Shown here in pieces: positions 57,361 to 64,000 of a stretch of 64,000 bases of DNA. Position 1 is the stretch's first letter; the number at the start of each line of letters is the position of its first letter. This stretch comes from Octopus vulgaris (lineage: Eukaryota). The stretch lies in assembly GCA_951406725.2 (NCBI GenBank), contig OX597820.1, forward strand, positions 7,192,001-7,256,000. Direction: 5' to 3'. Under the pieces are notes generated by a model. That model searched no databases and was not told the DNA's origin. It worked only from the letters and a program-made list of their open reading frames with translations. The translations under genes were made by a program, and so were the position numbers.

Positions 57361-58100
57361 ACTTAAGAGTATATTAATTTATGGAAATCTACATTCTCGG
57401 GTTATCCTCTCATCTCGTTTGGTGTTGTACCGATCGACAACAAATAATGGTTCTACCTTCCCTAGAAGCTGAAATAATTTTAATAAACCAGTAATTGCTT
57501 TTGTATATGTGACACACCCATACGCTTTTGCATTATATATAAATATATGTGTGTATGTGCGTGCGTATTCGTGTGTGTGTGCGCTTGTAAGAGTACCATG
57601 TATTTCCTTCTCTAATCTATAGATACTTTAAATACAAAAATATATTTCCGATGAAGAATTTTTAATTGAATTACGACAAGAGCTTACCGTTATTTAATAA
57701 TTCTTAAACTGACACAAAACAGACAAACATCTAATTATGGTATTCTGTTGTATTGATTGCCTTCGATTGGCCACAAATAATCGAATCCAATATATTATTA
57801 GCAATCATTTAACTAACGCTTGTGGGATCAATGTCACAATTGATCTCAGACTTCAATCGAATTTAGAAATAAAAAGATGAAAATCAAACTCCATTGGTCT
57901 CTTTATTAAGGGCAGTCGGTTAGAAAGCGCCAGACAAACACAAAATAGATTTACACTTTTGAATGAAATGCGCCGCGAATAAATAACAAAGCAGATGTCA
58001 TTAGAAGCATAGATTACACATCTGTGTGTTATGTTTAGATATTGTATATGTTGTAAATATGATATTACCATCATTATACATAAACATACATACATGCATT

Positions 58101-58138
<38 letters not shown>

Positions 58139-58539
58139 CATGCATGCATACATATATGTATGTATGTATGTGTAGCACTTTCTTTCACAGGAGAACTTTT
58201 AGCAGCATGTGTGTATGTATATGTGTATTAACGTTTGTTTTCATTTCTTGTTACATATACAGAAATTAATCATTGATTGAAACATCATAGAGCACCTTCC
58301 AGAAATGTTTAATGCATGTGGTATATTTACGGGGAAATGTTAGTGAGTGAGTTCGAATTCTCGGTTAAGTTGAATCCGTGAAAATCTAACTTTAGCTTTT
58401 ATTTTTACTTTTTTTGTTCCAAATCTCATATATAAATTAGGATACATTTTTCTGTGCAACTAAATAAACGTTTCACAAACGTATACCTTGATAGCTTTCG
58501 GCCAGTATTGGCCCAGGCCTTATCTAACTTAATAGCACC

Positions 58540-58960
58540 ACCTGGCAAAGTCCGGATTCAGATAACATGGCCCACTCGAGGAGAGAGTTATTGTTTATAG
58601 AGACATATCCGAGTATAGGTTTATTTGGGATTTCCCGAAAGAATTTGTCCAAAGACTTCTTGAACTTTATGGAGTCTGTTTCTGCTTTAATGTGATTTGG
58701 TGTAATGTCTAAGAGGACGGGCCAATTGAAGTGAAATAATTGTGCCGAATTGTTGTCATGTGATGCGAGTATGATTTATTTTGTGGGTGGATAGTACGGG
58801 TACCAAGTCTTGGGTGTATCTTAAAGGTGATGCCAGCATCATTTGGGTAATGCTGATGGAATATTTTCCACATCATGCAGATGATGTAGTGCTCACGGCG
58901 GCATTGGAGAGAATAAAGATTGAGCTTTTCTACTCGATCCCATTAGTCAAGGTCTGTCAT
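58540..58960 (-). mobile_element. Decayed CR1/L2-group LINE 3' end (second family)
   Basis: Minus strand reads HNYFTSIGP...TPNHIKAETDSIKFKKSLDKFFREIPNKP..GYVSINNNSLLEWA. Confidence 0.75.
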
Positions 58961-59174
58961 GCCATCTATATTTTTTCTGTCTTTTTGTTTATAAATGATA
59001 AAATACACAAGAATACTACATCCACTAAGCAACTACAATAATCAAATTCGTAAGAGACGGATCAAAATTGTATGGACGCTTTGGAAAACCGAAAGTTTTT
59101 TAGTCCGACGAAGGCAATTAATTCGAAACGTTGCACACATGCTAAGAATATTCTTCCTAAATATGATACATACA

Positions 59175-59646
59175 CATGTATGTATGTATGTATGTATGTG
59201 TGAATGTATGTGTGAATGCATGTATGTATGTATGTCTGAATGTATGCATGAATGCATGTATGTATGTATTTATGTATATCTGAATGTATGCATATATGTA
59301 TGTATGTATGCATGAATGCATGTATGTATGTCTGAATATATGCATGCATGCATGTATGCATGCATGTATGCATGCATGTATGTATGTATGTGTGAATGTA
59401 TGTATGTATGCATGCATGTATGTATGTATGTATGTATGCATGCATGTATGTATGTATGTGTGAATGCATGTATGTATGTATGAATGTATGTATGTATGTA
59501 TGCATGCATGCATGCATGTATGTATGTATGCATGAATGCATGTATGTATGTATGAATGTATGTATGAATGCATGAATGTATGTCTGAATGTATGCATGAA
59601 TGCATGCATGCATGCATGCATATATGTATGTATGTATGTATGTATG
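59175..59646. repeat. (GTAT/GCAT/GAAT)n tetranucleotide array
   Basis: Directly visible. Confidence 0.96.
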
Positions 59647-60164
59647 TCTCTCCTATTTTTTAATTATTATAAATCTTCCACTGAGGAGGGAGACGGTTTC
59701 CAACAAAATTACAAGGCCCTAACTTTGTGATATAGTTAGCAAATTCACATTTACATATTTTTACAGTCCTGCTCACAGGTTGCACTTGTAATGTGCGAAT
59801 TAGCCGGTCGATTTGCCTTTCTGAAAATCCCAGTCTATCCAGATTCTCCTTTAGGCATTTACTAACAAAATCTAGTGCTCCAATTATTATAGTATGAATA
59901 TGAATTCATAGTTCGCATATAGACTATGTATGCATATATGTATGTATGGATGGATGGATACATATAACTGAGTGTGTTCTCTTTTCTGTATCCGTATGTA
60001 TACACCATGCAAACAAATATGTGTGTGTGTGTGTGTATGTGTATACTTGAAATCGCGCAGATATATACTTATACATACATGAGTATGCATGCATCTATAT
60101 TCATAAACTGGTAGTCACACATACACACAATCACAATAATACACATACACACACACACACACAC

Positions 60165-60218
<54 letters not shown>

Positions 60219-60299
60219 ACATGTATATATAAACATATATATATATAAAAAAACCATATATATATATATAGATCTCTCTCTCTCTATATATATATATAT

Positions 60300-60497
60300 G
60301 GATCTCTTCTCGTCAGGGGTTCCAGATGAATCTACCTCTCGGCAGGAAACACAGATGCGGGCAGCGGCGTCGAACTCCCTTGTTGATCAAGTGCCACGTA
60401 TCAGAGGTGGTTTCACATACTAGTGTAGCTCATTCAACAGTGGTGCCCCAGCATGGCCGCAGCCTTCGAGCTGACACATTTTTTATGAGGTAAGGAT
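60300..60497 (+). mobile_element. Short 3' end of the CR1/L2-group LINE at 20703-21662
   Basis: About 190 bp highly similar to the reverse complement of 20715-20903. Confidence 0.92.
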
Positions 60498-61439
60498 ATA
60501 TATTCATGTATGTAAATAGATAATATTGAACCAAAAAGTAGACTGACTGAGTCAGAGATTGAACACACGACCGCAATATAAATTTCGAAACTCGTTTCAC
60601 ACTGATACTTTTATTAGCCGAAGCATTAAGCCGTAACACAATTAAACGATCAAAGTTAAGTGATATAAATGAAATTGTATTATATTTTCATTTGAGTTTT
60701 ACGTTTATTATCATTTAATTTTAAATTTCAAAATGGCGCTTGTATTTGCACCAGTCCTACAGCAGAGCTTAGGAACAGTCACCTGAAGGAAGCTAGTGCA
60801 TTGAACAGCTAAAACTAGTGGTTAAGCAACAATGCTGACTTTACTACTAGTCTGAATGCAACAATGTATTATAACGATGTCTATATATCTACACACTCTC
60901 ACACAAATCTGTGTGTATGCGCATGTGTTTGTGTGTGTGTGTGTGTGTGTGCATGTGTGTGTTTACCTCTGTGTATGTGGTTGTGTAAGCTCGTAAATAT
61001 GTAGGCATACTTGCATGTTTGTATGCTTATTGTGTATTCATGTATAATTGAATATATGTATAGCGGTTGCATAGTTGGGTCTCTATTTATGTGTGTGCGT
61101 ATATATATATATATATACATATACACGTATATAAATATACAGAGAGAGAGAGGAAAAGATCGAAGGAGAGAGATGGATGAAGAGAAAGAAAGATAGGGAC
61201 AATCATAATTCGTAATCATCTACCTAGACATTATGTAGATAATATGGTAGATTATTCGTATCAATATCAATCCACAAGATATATCAATGCAGTCTTCAAT
61301 TTATGGTAATTCCAGGCCGACCAGGCTGAATTCTTCAAAGAATGCTTATATTAACTAAACAATTGTAAATTTACATTGGAAACCCACTGGCCAGAAAGAA
61401 TCGTAGACAAGCACTGAATTCGAGGAATTCATTACCAAA

Positions 61440-63235
<1,796 letters not shown>

Positions 63236-63541
63236 CATGCAAGTGTGTGTGTGCGAGATTTAAAGATGGCGACGGAAAGTGAGACAAGACCAACTGAGTT
63301 GAGCAATGGAGAGAGAGAGAGAGAGGAGACCTATCGTGTGTTGTTACACAGTTTTGTGTCCAGAGTGTGGGCGCCACCGGATAAAATGTTTGGTGATGAT
63401 TCTTTGGACACTTCCATCTCACCTTAGTCTTGAGGATTTCGAGAATATTCTTTACAATATTATTTATCCATCTGTTAATTCTGAATAATTGTGCTTTGAA
63501 TAAATCCATCAGTCTTCTGTCAATATTAACTAATTATTTTC

Positions 63542-63740
63542 GGCGGCGAGCTGACAGAATCGTTACTGGGACGGAAAACTTTTGAACAGCATCTCGTGCG
63601 TGTTTATCCTCAGGGTTCAAATTCCGCTGAGGTCGACTTTCCTTCTTATCCTTTTGGTGTAGATAACATAAGTACCACTCAAACACTGTCGTCGGTGAAA
63701 TTAATTTGACCCACCCCGTAAAAATTGCTTGTAAATATTG
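63542..63740 (+). mobile_element. Decayed SINE family A
   Basis: ggcggcgagctgacagaatcgtta...ggttcaaattccgctgaggtcgactttcc. Confidence 0.82.
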
Positions 63741-64000
63741 CTTGAAGTTCATGAGAAGAAGAGAACGTTTAAATAATTACTTGACCTGGTTCGAATCGCA
63801 CGAATGGTGGGGATTCTATTTGGTCGCTCAACTTGGTAGTAATAGCAGACAAATGTCCCTCATATCGTACCATTATATCTTAGAAAAGGCGACATTATGC
63901 AAAATATCCTGTGTTTCTTTGCACCGTAGAATTAGGGTTTGGAATGTCTTTGAACTCAAATTTACCCAGCTCTCTCACCCCCTTTTAAACTTGGCACTGT

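Noticed and set aside
63262-63427. AAGATGGCG (YY1-like or start-codon context) as a first exon
   Set aside because: The downstream frame runs into a (GA)n tract and there is no supporting splice or homology evidence. The motif is short enough to occur by chance.

Overview
AT-rich, microsatellite-saturated, non-coding eukaryotic DNA. No host protein-coding exon, rRNA, true tRNA or CRISPR array can be supported. Almost all listed ORFs are translations of simple repeats. The repeat content most resembles an octopus (coleoid cephalopod) genome; this is inferred from SINE and microsatellite style and is not verified. Recognisable content: (1) a full-length decayed mariner that appears nested inside an older mariner (4.6-7.1 kb), plus two more mariner relics and a hAT-type MITE; (2) a young 2.1 kb 5'-truncated R4/Dong-clade LINE and several older relatives, mostly in (TAA)n tracts; (3) CR1/L2-like and RTE LINE 3' ends; (4) three tRNA-headed SINE families, one with a dimeric form; (5) a bipartite non-autonomous RTE derivative with a structured 5' RNA; (6) many Penelope-type terminal fragments with hammerhead-ribozyme-like cores, three of them within 190 bp at 16.9-17.1 kb; (7) five long palindromes or inverted repeats; (8) a non-repeat segment dense in TGTCA/TGACA motifs. 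All calls were made by eye and coordinates are approximate to a few bases. I see no strong evidence for a wholly new biological system. The best leads are the hammerhead cluster, the bipartite RTE element and the motif cluster.
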